Positions 23,493 to 36,500 of a stretch of 64,000 bases of DNA are shown piece by piece. Position 1 is the stretch's first letter. Each line of letters opens with the position of its first letter. The DNA comes from Heterodontus francisci (lineage: Eukaryota), in assembly GCF_036365525.1 (NCBI RefSeq), contig NC_090411.1, forward strand, positions 22,707,259-22,771,258. The letters run 5' to 3'. The notes under the pieces are model-generated. The model was not told the DNA's origin. It did not search any database and saw nothing but the letters and a program-made list of their open reading frames with translations. The position numbers and the translations under genes were made by a program.

Positions 23493-26421
23493 ACTTTAAA
23501 TCTATGCCCCCTCGTCACTGACTTCTCGGCTAAGGTAAATAGGCACTTCACATCCACTCTATCCAGGCCCCTCACAATTTTGTACATTTCAATCAAATCT
23601 CACTTCAGCCTTCTCTGCTCCAAGGAGAAAAACCCCAGCCTATCCAATCTTTCCTCATAGCTGCATTTTTCCAGTCTCGGCAACATCCTCGTAAAATCTC
23701 CTCCGTACCTTCTCTAGTGCAATTACATCCTGCGAGCGTAGATGTTGGTCAAAACCTCTGATGTTTACAGAATATTGAAGGTTGCACATGATGGTGCACC
23801 TCCTAACTACGTAATAGTGTTTTAAGATTATAACTCAGTTTCCCGGGTTCATTTGGCAGGTAAATTAACTGTGTCTGTGTCCATCCATTGTTAGGTTGTG
23901 GTAAGTTTCAATGATTATTTATAAGTCTTGTATTGTCAGTACTTTTCCGATATAAATATGTTTATGTTTTTCAGAAACGGGTTCCTGTTTTTCAGAACCT
24001 GCCATTGTTTTCTTAGCAAGAGGCAATTGTGCTGGGTCCTTGACTACTGGGTGTTAGGGTCCTTGACTACAGGGACATGTTACAGGCATGCTTATGAAAC
24101 CTTTATTTTAAACCTTCCAGGCAGATTAATCCTGCTTTTATTTTTTTAAATCCCAATTCATAGGAAAATAACCTCATAACCCTCTATTATGGCCAGTTTC
24201 CTTCACAGTCCAACAAAGGTTCTTTAAAGGTTTAACATAACCTCTCTGCTTTTCAATTCTATTCCTCTAGAAATGAAACCCCATGCTTTGTTTGTAGTTT
24301 TATTAACCTGTGTCACTACTTTTAATGGTTTGTGTATCTCTACCCCCAGATCACTCTGCTCCTTTACCCCATTTCGACTCTCATTTTCCAAGGATTATGT
24401 GGCCTCTTTATTCTTCTCATCAGAATGCCCATTCTACAAGTTTATTAACATCTTCTTACATTTTGTCGCATTCTACCTTAGTATTAACTATACCCCAGTT
24501 TGATGTTGTCCACAATTTTAAAAATTGTACTTCTGATTCCCAAGTCCAAATCCTTGATGTGAATGGTGAACAATGGGTCCCAGGACACATCCCAGTGGAA
24601 CACCACTTCCTATCTTCTGCCAGTCTGAGTAAATACCCTTAATCCTCATTCTCTTCCCTGGCTTTTTCAGTATATGTGAATGGAATCCATTTGGGCTAGG
24701 TGTTCTATCCTGTCTAAATTTGCCTAGTTTATCAATTAATTGTTTTTTTCTGTCTGAAATGTCTTCATATCTTTTTGATCCCTTCTTTTAAGGTTATGTC
24801 CACCCTGTTAATCTCCCTGGTAAATACTGAAGGAAAGAAATTGTTCAATATTGCCACCATTTCACTGTCATTACCAATGAGTTTATCCTGTGCATTTCTT
24901 AGTAGTTTTATCCTTATTTTGTTTTTCCTTTTGTGATTGATGTTATTTATTATATTCCTTGATCATTTAATTTTGTAATTCCTCTTTGCCATCCTAATTG
25001 CTTTTTAAAATTTCTTTTCTAACCTCTTTGTATTGTCTATGTATTGGTGTATGTCTTTTGCTTCAGTCTCAGTTTTACCCCTTATCTCTTTATTCATCCA
25101 CTGCGTTCTATTATTGGTTCATTTTTGTTTTGTTTTTTCACAGCATATATTTCTCCTGAACTGTACTAATAAACTTTTAAACCATATCCTACTGCTGTTC
25201 AAATTCTTCATTTTTCCACATTTTTTCTAGTTATTTTTCCTAGTTCCATTCTCAGTTCCTCAAAATTAACTTTTTTTCCAATCTATTACTTACGTTTTTG
25301 TCTTACTAACGTCTTTTTCAATCATTATCGTAAACCTCATTATGTAGTGATCGCTATTGCCTAGATGTACCCCCATACTTACTTCTCTTGTCTGCTCTGG
25401 TTCATTTCCCATTACTAGATCCAGCAGTCATTCCTCTCTTGTTGGCCTTCTCACATACCAGGTAAGAAAGGAATCCTGTAAAAATTCCATTCCCTTTTCC
25501 CCCTTCATTACCTCTTCCTGCCAGTTTATTTGGAGGTTGTTAAATTCTCCCATAATTATTACTTTATGTCTTTTATTCATTTCATAGATTTGTTTACATA
25601 TCCCTTCTTCCACTTCCCTTCCACCTTAAGTGGTCTTTAGAATCCCTTTATTACCCTAATCAATCCCTTCTTATCCTGTATTTCTTTCCATATGAATTCA
25701 GTTTCTATCTTAATATTAGCTATGTCCCTTTTTTTCTACTGCCATTATGTTATCTCTAATAAGTACAAATACCCCAGCTCTTTTTCTTCCTTCCTTATCT
25801 TTTTTAAATGTGTTATAACCTGCAATATTTAATTACCAATCCTGTTCTTTATCTAGCTATGTCTCAGTTATCCCGACTACATCTGGCTGCTCACTATGAC
25901 TTATTGCTTCCAGTTGCCTGGTTTTGTTTCGGATGCTGTGCACAATGCTGTGCAGGCAACTTAATTTGTTTTTATGTATCATTCCTCTCATTTTATTTTT
26001 TAACTGTCATTTTATACTTGTCTTCTATAACTGAATCTTTCCCTGACCATATATTTATATTATACTCATTCCTTAGCTTGGTCTGGCCTTTCCCCCAACT
26101 CCTATTTCTTTTATCTTTAGGCTTACGTTATTTCCAGCAGACCCTTCCCCTGTTTACTCATTTCAGGCCTAGTTGAAAGTTTAAGGCATTCAAGCCCGAT
26201 TCCAGAGGCTTCAGCACAAAATCTAGGCTGGCACTCAAACGCAGAACTGAGAGAGTGCGGTACTGTCAGAGGTGCTGTCTTTCAAATGAGATGTCAAACT
26301 GAGGCCCTGTTTGCCCTCTCAGGTGGATGTAAAAGATTCCATGACACTCTTTGAAGAGGAGGAAAATTCTCCCTCTATCCTAGCCAACATTAATCCCTCA
26401 ATCAATACCTAAAACAGATTA

Positions 26422-27223
26422 CAAAAGCAAAGTACTGCGGATGCTGGAAATCTGAAATAAAAGCAGAAAGTGCTGGAAATATTCAGCAGGTCTGGCAGCA
26501 TCTGTGATGAGCGAAACCAAGTTAAGGGCTGGATTTTGTGTTGGAGGAGGGGCTGCAAGTGCCAGGCCGAAAAGCCCGCTCAAATTTTCGTGCCCCCCCC
26601 CCCACTCCCCGATCAGCTGGCAGCTCAGCAGCACCACTGGGAGCAGTGGCCATTGCCGGTACTGCAAAAGCCGGAAGATCAAGGCCCAGCGCTGGAAGTC
26701 CAGACGCAAGGTGAGTGAGGTGGCGTTGCCGGGGCCAGTCCGGAAGGCCCCAGCAAGGCAGGGATGGGGGGGGTGGTCGTGCAGTCCCGGGGGGCAAACT
26801 GGTTCCCGGCAGGGGTCCTCTGTGGGCCAAAGATTGCCCAAGGAGGAGGGACCCCACCCTACCCACAAGACTCGTTTCCTGTGTGGTGGAGATCCCCCTC
26901 CCGCCAATGGTAAGATCCCAGCAGTGGCGGAAAGATGTCCTTAATTGGGCGTTAATAGGTCACTTAAGGGCCTCAGTTGGCCTCTGGGCAGGAAGGCCAT
27001 CGTTGGCCTTTCCCACCCCGGAAAGATTGCTTGGCGACAGGGAGGCAACAGGCCCTCTGACCCATCGCCCTTCTGCCACCCATCATGATACTATGTGCCT
27101 CCCTACCTCCAACCCCGTCTCAAGTGCCACATTAAATCCCGGCCTCTTCTCAGAACTTGAAAAGTTAACTCTGTTTCTGTCTCCACAGACCTGCTGTGTA
27201 TTTTCAGTACTTTCTGTTTTTAT
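26422..27223. mobile_element. Short fold-back Penelope-terminus element with 16-bp TSD, containing a MITE
   Basis: Inverted arms homologous to 23420-23492; TACCTAAAACAGATTA at 26406-26421 and 27224-27239. Confidence 0.8.
26526..27144. mobile_element. GC-rich MITE, PIF/Harbinger-like
   Basis: GGGCTGGATTTTGTG ... TAAATCCCGGCC; internal homology to 2746-3547; TSD not preserved. Confidence 0.78.
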
Positions 27224-27779
27224 TACCTAAAACAGATTATTTGGTCATTATCACACTGCTGTTTGTGGGAGCTTGCTGTGTGAAAATTGGCTACCGTGTC
27301 ACCTACACTTAAACAGTGACAACACTTCCGAAGTACTTCATTGACTTTAACATGCTTTGGGAATTCCTGAGGTTGTGAAAGGTGCTAGATAAATGAAAGT
27401 ATATTGCTTTTCCTATCACGAGTCATTACATGCAAACATCAAAAAAGTATGTTTGATACTAAAAGATTACAGCACGATTTAAAACCCATTATCAGAGCTG
27501 ATTTTCAGAACTACTTCTTTCCTTTGAGATGGACATTTGCAGGGCAAAGCTTTTCACCAGTCACATTAGAATGGTTTCTAACAAGCACTAACACTCTTCT
27601 CTCAGTGAAACACATTAATTCTCTGTTGACACCATTTCAACCCACCGGTTGCTGAGCTCAGCGCCTCTCCCACATCATTCGCTAGCATGATGAAATGTTT
27701 CTTTTTAAATTTACATCCCTCATCTCCTGAGGCACTTTCATGAGCATCCCTTGCAGTACCTCACCCAACTGGCCATTAT

Positions 27780-28075
27780 TCATTTGACAATAATTTGAAG
27801 ATAATTGGCAAAAGAACCGGGGGAGATCAGGAGCAATTTTTTTACGCAGTAAGCTGTTATGATCTGGAATGCACTGCCTGAAAGGATGGTGAAAACAGGT
27901 TCTATTCGTAAGTTTTAAAAATAAATTGGTTATACACTTAGAAAGGAAAACAAAAAAAAAACACAGAGCTAGGGGGAAAAGAGCGGGAGAGTGGAATTGA
28001 TTAGATAGTTCCTCCAAAGAGACAGCACAGGCACAATGGACCAAATGGCCTCCTTCAGTGCTATTTCATTCTAAT
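27780..28075 (+). mobile_element. CR1 3' end
   Basis: tttttacgcag...tctggaatgcactgcctga...tggaccaaatggcctccttc tail. Confidence 0.8.
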
Positions 28076-28254
28076 TCGGTAAGAGACAGCCAGCATGGAT
28101 TTAGCATCTCCACCCTGCCGATCCCCTCGCATCCCCTCTACCTCCACCTCACACAGTGCTGACAGACTTAGGAGCCCCCATGCACACAGTTTTGTCAACC
28201 CCATGTGCATCATTTCGTTCAGTGGTGACAGAGACTAGGAATTCTTCTTTTTGA

Positions 28255-28590
28255 ATTAATTCACAGGATGTGGGTGTCGCTGGAAAGGCCAGCATTTATT
28301 GCCCATCCCTAATCTCTCTCAACTGAGTGTCTTGCTGGGCCATTTCAGAGGGCAGTTAAGAGTCAACCATATTGCTAGGTGTCTGGAGTCCCACATAGGC
28401 CAGACTGGATAGGGATGGCAGATTTCCTTCCTTAAACGACATTAGTGAACCTGATAGGTTTTTAACCACAATCCGGTAGTTGCGTGGTCACCATTACTGA
28501 TTTTTTTGGTTCCAGCTTTACTTATTAACTGAATTTAAATTCCCCAGCTGCTGTGATGGGATTTGAACTCATGTCTTTGGAGAATGAGCC
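28255..28590 (-). mobile_element. SINE family C copy
   Basis: Reverse complement of the 12310-12600 and 45283-45600 family. Confidence 0.75.
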
Positions 28591-29084
28591 ACACTCCATA
28601 TTTCACCACGTTCTGCCAAGCCTCAGGTTCCCCCTCCACGTTGATGGCAGACCAAAAGGCATCCCACCCATCTCCACCCTGCCGAATCCCATCACCCTCA
28701 CCTCAGTGCAGCCACGGTTCATGACCCTCAGTTCAACCAAAGCCCAGGACCACCCCTTAGTGGAGCTAATTCCCACCACTTGTCCCAATACTGCTAAATA
28801 TCAGATACCTACCTCCTCCAGTACAACAAGCTTTCCATCCTACTGTGTATCCTCAATGTTAATAATTATAAATGGTAATAATTGAATACCACCAATGATC
28901 TCCCATGGCCCAAGGGAACATCATGATTACTTGTGAAGTGAGGTTAGAGAGTGAGGATAATTCAATCCCCATTCATCTGTCCTTGTTTTTATATAATACT
29001 TTGATTTAATATTATTTGGAGCTAAATGCCAGAACTTACAGTAAGTTGCAAAGCAGGGGAGTAGAATTGGTTGAAGCATAGACG

Positions 29085-29395
29085 TTTCTCTGCAGTACAG
29101 GCAGTACTGAGCTTGTGTTGCACCGTCAGAGGTAGCGTTTTTTTGAACGAGACGTCAATCCAAGGCCCCGTCTGTCCTCTCAGCTGCACGTAAAAGATCC
29201 CATGGCACTATTTCGAAGAAGAGTAGGGGAGGTGATCATCATCTCATTGCTGTTTGTGGGACCTTCCTGTGAACAAAGGTACCTGCCGCGTTTCCTACAT
29301 TGCAAAAGTGACGGCACTTCAGAAGTACTTCATTGGCTGTAAAGCGCTTTGGGATGTTGCAATGTTATGAAAGGTGCTATATAAAAATACAAGTT
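29085..29395 (+). mobile_element. DeuSINE (SacSINE1-like), 5'-truncated
   Basis: gcagtactga...aggccccgtctgtcctctcag...gtaaaagatcccatggcactatttcgaagaagag; tail ggtgctatataaa. Confidence 0.82.
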
Positions 29396-29502
29396 CTTCC
29401 TTTCTTTTCTTTACATCACGTAATTATTTACCTATGTTAAAAATTTGGTTCTGCTGTAGATACCTTCTCATGTTTAGTGGCGTAAGTCTTTACCGTAGGC
29501 TG

Positions 29503-29820
29503 TTTATTTATTTAGAGATACAGCACTGAAACAGGCCCTTTGGCCCACCAAGTCTGTGCCGACCAACAACCACCCATTTATACTAACCCTGCAGTAATCC
29601 CATAATCCCTACCACCTACCTACACTAGGGGCAATTTACAATGGCCAATTTACCTATCAACCTGTAAATCTTTGGCTGTAGGAGGAAACCGGAGCACCCG
29701 GCGAAAACCCATGCGGTCACAGGGAGAACTTGCAAACTCCGCACAGGCAGCACCCAGAATCAAACTTGGGTCCCTGGAGCTATGAGGCTGCGGTGCTAAC
29801 CACTGCACCACTGTGCCACC
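29503..29820 (-). mobile_element. V-SINE (HE1-like)
   Basis: Reverse complement of 8250-8577 with (TAAA)n tail. Confidence 0.88.
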
Positions 29821-31343
29821 AATGTGTCTGAGCATTTTCTATGGGATTCATTCTTTTCTATATCTACCTGTGTGATAACTGTAACCAAGATCATAACAAT
29901 AGCCTCTACTTGTTATTTAGACCAGATATTTGTGTCTTTCACGCACTTACTTCTTCAATCTCTCCAGGGGCAGGCCCAGCAAGCACCTGGTGAGGCAAGG
30001 CTCAATACGAACAGTTAAGCTGATGTATTTCACCTCAAGCAAGCATATATTGTAACAGTCATAATCAGATTCACTCAGTTCAATCATTCTTAGCTTTGCG
30101 TAATGATTCAAAAATAACTAACACGCCACCCTTCCCCGCATGTGTGAATTATTTTACGCCAACTAATCCACCAGCATTCCTGGATGTCCAAGCCTACTAA
30201 AAACTTTCACAGCTCTCTATTTAAAAACCTGACTGCCCTCAGAGCTTTCTTCTTTCCAAAAAGCCAGTAAGCTCCCTCCTTAACTCCCAGCTGTTCACAG
30301 ACAGGTGGGAGAATCAAAGGACTTTCCAACGTCGGATCTGAGATGCTTTTCTGAATACCCACACAAGCTAGTGAATTGCTTATTGTTGAGATGCTGGGGG
30401 AAACAACTTACCTTTTATATATTAACCATCTTTCATCCAGGTGTACTTATTTAAACATTGTAAGAATATGCATTTAAAAAGCACTAGAAGTCATTCTTAT
30501 TTCCAACATTTTTCAGTGGATAAATTGGTGAAAGATTATGACAAGTCACTGCCCCCTCGGGGCTCAGACGCAATGTTCTTTAGGGCATCACACTGCAGTA
30601 ACACTAGCTCCCAGCCGATCAAATTGCCCTTTCAGCTTCATCAAGCAATCATAATATTGTTTTAAACAGAACATGTGTAGCCTGCGAAGGAAGGTGATCC
30701 ATTCCTATCCTGACCAGCTGCATCAGTGTCTTTGTCTGGAGGAACAGAAATACCTTGGATTCAGTGCCTGACATAACTCCTCATTTGTGCCAGCCTGGAA
30801 GGGTTGAATTTTCAACAGTGAGCATTGGTTGGCATTTTTTATTCATTCATGGGATGAGAGCATCACTGGCATTTATCGCCCATCCTAAGTGCCCTTGAGA
30901 AGTGTGGGAGCCTCACGGCCAAGCCAAATGTAATTGCAGCATTGCATTCCCGAAACGTGACAGCACACAGGGTCGAAACTGCCGCAGCCAAGGTGGTTTT
31001 CCAGGTAGTGTCCTTGGAATCCATGAAGAATTGGAAATGTCGACACTCATTTTTAAAGCACACTGCGCCAGAAAAGGAGATCGCTGTGACGGAACTGCAA
31101 CAGTGCTGAAATGCTAAGCCGCATGAGGGAGTGGACCACTCCTCCAGCTCCCACCTTGCGGGACTCTTCAGCCACAAGAATTAAAGAACAGCAAATAAAG
31201 ACATTCACATGTCCAGTAACTCCCTTCAGCGACCCTGCTTCCACCTGCACCCCCTGCCCAACCCCACCCGGTCCCCGAGGGTGCCACAAGGTCAAATCTT
31301 CGAAATGGAACAAGTTTCCTGTATTACGAGACATGCACTTAGC

Positions 31344-32882
31344 GGTGACAGCAACAACTACCGTGGAATCTTCCTGCTCATCATAGTGGGGAAAGTCTTC
31401 GCTCGAGTCACTTTAAACAGGCTCCAGAAGTTGGCTGAGCTTGTCTACCCTGAGGCACAGTGTGGCTTTCGAGCAGAGAGATCGACCATTGACATGCTGT
31501 CCTCCCTTCGCCAGCTACAGGAGAAATGCCGTGAACAACAGGTGCCCCTCTACATTGCTTTCATTGATCTTACCAAAGCCTTTGACCTCATCAGCAGACG
31601 TGGTCTCTTCAGACTACTAGAAAAGATCGGATGTCCACCAAAGCTACTAAGTATCATCACCTCATTCCATGACAATATGAAAGGCACAATTCAGCATAGC
31701 GGTGCCTCATCAGACCCCTTTCCCTCGCACCTACACTGTTTGGGATCTTCTCCCTGCTGCTCTCACATGCGTTCAAGTCTTCAGAAGAAGGAATTTTCCT
31801 CCACACAAGATCAGGTGACAGGTTGTTCAACCTTGCCCGTCTAAGAGTGAAGACCAAAGTACGGAAAGTCCTCATCAGGGAACTCCTCTTTGCTGACGAT
31901 GCTGCATTAACATCTCACACTGAAGAGTGTCTGCAGAGACTCATCAACAGGATTGCGGCTGCCTGCAATGAATTTGGCCTAACCATCAGCCTCAAGAAAA
32001 CGAACATCATGGGACAGGACGTCAGAAATGCTCCATCCATCAATATCGGCGACCACACTCTGGAAGTGGTTCAAGAGTTCACCTACCTAGGCTCAACTAT
32101 CACCAGTAACCTGTCTCTAGATGCAGAAATCAACAAGCGCATGGGAAAGGCTTCCACTGCTATGTCCAGCCTGGCCAAGAGAGTGTGGGAAAATAGCGCA
32201 CTGACACAGAACACAAAAGTCCGAGTGTATCAAGCCTGTGTCCTCAGTACCTTGCTCTACGGCAGCAAGGCCTGGACAACGTATGTCAGCCAAGAGCGAC
32301 ATCTCAATTCATTCCATCTTCGCTGCCTCCGGAGAATCCTTGGCATCAGGTGGCAGGACTGTATCTCCCACACAGAAGTCCTCGAGGCAGCCAACATCCC
32401 CAGCTTATACACCCTACTGAGCCAGCGGCGCTTGAGTTGGCTTGGCCATGTGAGCCGCATGGAAGATGGCAGGATCCCCAAGGACACATTGTACAGTGAG
32501 CTCGTCACTGGTATCAGACCCACCGGCCGTCCATATCTCCGCTTTAAAGACGTCTGCAAACGCGACATGAAGTCCTGTGACATTGATCACAAGTCATGGG
32601 AGTCAGTTGCGAGTGATCGCCAGAGCTGGCGGGCAGCCATAAAGGTGGGGCTAAAGAGTGGCGAGTCGAAGAGACTTAGCAGTTGGCAGGAAAAAAGACA
32701 GAAGCACAAGGGGAGAGCCAACTGTGTAACAGCCCCGGCAACCAATTTTATCTGCAGCACCTGTGGAAAAGTCTGTCACTCTAGAATTGGCCTTTATAGC
32801 CACTCCAGGTGCTGCTCCACAAACCACTGACCACCTCCAGACCACCTCCCATTGTCTCTCGAGACAAGGAGGCCAAAGAGGA
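31344..32882 (+). mobile_element. RTE-clade LINE, 5'-truncated, with a small internal deletion
   Basis: NNYRGI, LPE-like YPEAQCGFR, FIDLTKAFD, LLFADDAAL, FTYLGS, C-terminal CSTCGKVCHSRIGLYSH zinc finger; TSD ACTTAGC (31337-31343, 32883-32889). Confidence 0.93.
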
Positions 32883-33529
32883 ACTTAGCTTTACTGACTA
32901 TCTTTGGGGATTGTACAAGGAGCATGTGAGAGCACGATGTCATGCAAGTCATTATTAGACAGATCACGGGACAGTGGAGATCAGAGTGGCAGAGTATTTT
33001 GGGGTATTTGCAGCACCTTTAGGGGGAACTTCATTCACCGGGGAGGAGCCTTGACCATCATCAGCACTGATTAGACAATCATGAGTTACCACCTGATTTC
33101 CTGATACCAACAGCCATTGGGCAGACACACAAATTTGAAATGCTTGATACGTAAATAAGGCAGGGGAATCAAAAAGACTGTCAGCCAATGAAAGCAGTTC
33201 CTCCTGAAACCAGGTGCAATCCGCTTTATCTTATACTGCCCACCACCCCCCCCCCCCCACCCCCACCCCGTGAGGCCTTCAGCTCCTGAGGGAGAATTCT
33301 GCCCAGATAAGTCAATAAAACCATGGAATGCCTACCCACCCTGACACCATACATCCTTTGGTCAGAGTTCTTCCAGGAGCACAAGAACCTACATGTTCCA
33401 CACCATGTTCAATCATCTCTATCAGTCCTTGTCCTCCTAACTCTCACCCCTGTTCCTAACTAGCTCTTTAAAGATGTTAACTGACATCCACAAACTACTT
33501 TATATGCAGTTCTGCTTCTCTGCAACTTA

Positions 33530-36500
33530 TGGAATCATAGAATGGTTACAGCACAGAAGCAGGTCATCAAGCCCATCGTACCCACATCAGCTCTCTGCAA
33601 GAGCAATCCATCTAATTTCACTCATCCATCTTTTCCCCGTAGCCCTGCAAATTTTTTCTCTTCAGGTAATTATCCAATTCTCTTTTGAAAGCTTCAGTTC
33701 AATCAACCTGCACCACACACTTAGGCACTGCATTCCAGTTCCTAACCATGCACTGCATAAAGAAGATTTTCCTCAAGTCGCCATTGTTTCTTTTGCCAAT
33801 CACCTTAAATCAGTGAACTTTGGTTCTCAACATTTCCGCCAACAGTAACAATTTCCCCCTATCTACTCTGTCCAGATCACTCTTATCCTTCTCTTCCCCA
33901 AGCAGAACAGACCCAGTTTCTCCAATCTACCCACGTAACTGAAGTTCTTCATCCCTGGAATCATTCTCGTGAACCTTTTCTGCACCTTCTTTAATGCCTT
34001 CACATCCTTCCTGAAGCATGTCGCCCAGAACTGGACACAATACTCCAGTTGAGGCTGAACCAGTGTTTTATACAGGTTTATCATAATGTCCCTGCTTTTA
34101 TACTCTACGCCCCTAGTTATAAAGCCAAGGATCCCTAATGCTTTATTGACTGTTTTCTCAACCTGCCCTGCCACTTCAATGATATCTGCGCATATACTCC
34201 CAGGTCCCTCTGCTCCTGCACCCCCTTTAGAATCATACCATTTAGTTTAGATTGCCTCTCTTTGTTCTTCCTACTGAAATGAATCGCTTCATACTTCTCT
34301 ACATTAAATTTCATCTGCCATTTGTTCACGCATTCTACCAGCCTATGTCCTCTTGAAGTTTATCGCTATACTCCTCACAGTTCACAATACTTCCAAATTA
34401 TGTGTCATCCGTAAATTTTGCAATTGTGCCCTGTACGCCCAAGTCTAGGTCATTTATATATATCAAGAAAAGCAGTGGTCCTAACACTGACTCCTGGGGA
34501 ACACCACTATAAACCTTCCCCCAGGCCGAAAAACAACTGTTCACCACTACTCTGTTTTCTGTCACTCAGCCATCTTCATGTCCATGCTAGGAAACACTCA
34601 GCAGATCTGGTACCATCTGTAGAGCGAGAAACAGAGTTAACATTTCAGGTCTGAGGATAACTTTGTTTCTCTCTCCACAGATGCTGCCAGACCTGCTGAG
34701 TGTTTCCAGCATTTTATGTTTTTATTTCAGATTTCCAGCATCTGTAATATTTTGCTTTTGTATCCATGCTGCTACTGTCCCTTTTATTCCATGGGCTTTG
34801 ACTTTGCTGACAAGCCTGTTATGTGGCACTTTATCAAAAGTCTTTTGGAAATCCATGTACACCACATCGACCGCATTACCCTCATCAACCATTTTCATTA
34901 CCTCATATGAAAACTAAAACAAGCTTGTGAAACACGATTTGCCCCTAACAGATCCACGCTGTCTTTCCTTAATTAATCCACATTTGTCCAAGTGACTGTT
35001 AATTTTGTCCCAAATAATTGTTTCTAAAAGCCTTCCCACCACCGAGGTTAAACTGACTGGCCTGTAGTTGCTGAGCTTATTCTTTAAACCATTTTTTGAG
35101 CAAGGGTGTAACATTTGCAATTCTCCAATCCTCTGGCACCACCCCGTGTACTTTAGGAGGATTGAAGGATTACAGCCAATGGCTCCACACAATTTCCATC
35201 CTTACTTCCCGCAGTACACTTGGATACATCTCATCAAGTCCTGGTGACTTATCAACTTTAAGTACAGCCAACCTATTTAATAACTCTACCAATTTTTTGC
35301 CCATCCAGTGTCTTAACTACCTCCTCTTTCACTCTGACTTGGGCATTTTCTTCCTTGGTAAAGACAGATACAAAGTACTCATTTAGTACCTCAGTCATTC
35401 CCCCTGTCTCCGTGTGTCAATCCCCTTTTCGGGCCCTAATTGGCCCCACTTCTCCTTTTATCGCCCTTTTCCTATTTAGATGCCTACACCAAAAGTCTAC
35501 ACTTTTGGATTCCCTCTTATGTTAGCTGCCAGTCTCTTCTCATACTCTCTCCTTGCTTCTCATTTTTTTTCACTTCCCCTCTTAACCTTCTATATTCAGC
35601 CTGGTTCTCAATTATATTATCCATCTGATATCTGTCATATGCACCCTTTTGCTGCTTCATCTTACTTTGTATCTCTTTTGTCACCCAGGGAGCTCTGAAT
35701 TTGTTTGTTCTACCTTTTCCCCTCGTGGGAATGTACCTTGACTATACCCAAACTATCTCCTCTTTAAAAGCAGCCCATTGTTTTGTTACAATCTTTGTTT
35801 TCAATTTACCTGGGCCAGATCCTTTCTCACCCCATTGAAGTTGGCCCTCCCCCAATAAATCATTTTTATTCTGGATTGCTCCTTGTCCTTTTCCATAGCC
35901 AATCCAAACCTTATGAAACTATGTTCACTGTGCCGTAAATGTTCCCCATTGACACTTGATTTCACTTGACTCACCTCATTCCCCCGAACTAGATACAGCT
36001 TTCTTCCTCATTGAGCTGGAAACATACGCATCTAGAAAATTCTCCAGAACACACTCTAGAAATTCTTGCCCCTCTCTTCCCTGTACACTATTACTATCCA
36101 AGTCTATATTAGGATAAGTAAAGTCCTCCATTACAACTATTCTATTTTATAATTCTTGCACCTCTCTGTAATTTCCTTGCAAATGTGTTCCTTTATATCT
36201 TTCCCACTAGCTGGTGGCCCATAGAATACACCCAGTAGTGTAATAGTACCTCTATTGTTTCCTAGCACTAACCAAATAGATTCTGTCTGTCCTTGACCCC
36301 TCTAGGACATCCTCTCTCTCCAGCACTGTAATATTCTCCTTAATAAATATTGATACCCCTCCTCCTTTCTTTTCTTCCCTATCTTTTCTGAACACCCTGT
36401 ATCCATAAATATTTACTACCCAGTCCTGTCCTTTTTTGAGCCAGCTCTCCGTTATCGCCATGACATCACATTCCCATGTAGCTATCTGTGCCTGCAGCTC

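Larger units (their letters stand above)
21198..23730 (-). mobile_element. CR1 3' fragment (21198-21464 and 23493-23730) split by Penelope
   Basis: ORF 21144..21464 GGEIRKNFFTQRV..RNSLP; ctaccaatc|actttaaatctatgcccc rejoins across the insert. Confidence 0.85.
20930..24207 (-). mobile_element. Candidate solo LTR (20930-21197 plus 23731-24207), interrupted by CR1 and Penelope
   Basis: Minus strand begins TGTGAAGG and ends CCAATTCG (CA expected); 4-bp duplication GTCT/GTCC; TATA-like CTTATAAATA near 23920. Confidence 0.5.
20385..25960 (-). mobile_element. Old CR1 LINE (20385-20929 and 24208-25960) hosting a nested stack
   Basis: 3' end near 20385; host reads through the gap (gtgtggtct|aacaaaggttc); endonuclease remnant VIIMGEFNNLQINW in ORF 25428..25613. 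Confidence 0.8.
26180..27400 (+). mobile_element. DeuSINE (SacSINE1-like) split by a nested insertion at 26422-27223
   Basis: Deu domain 26230-26400; 3' part resumes at ~27240 through ggtgctagataaatgaaagt. Confidence 0.82.

Noticed and set aside
31270-31343. hAT dimerisation-domain-like peptide KWNKFPVLRDM
   Set aside because: Too short, with no supporting motifs or TIRs
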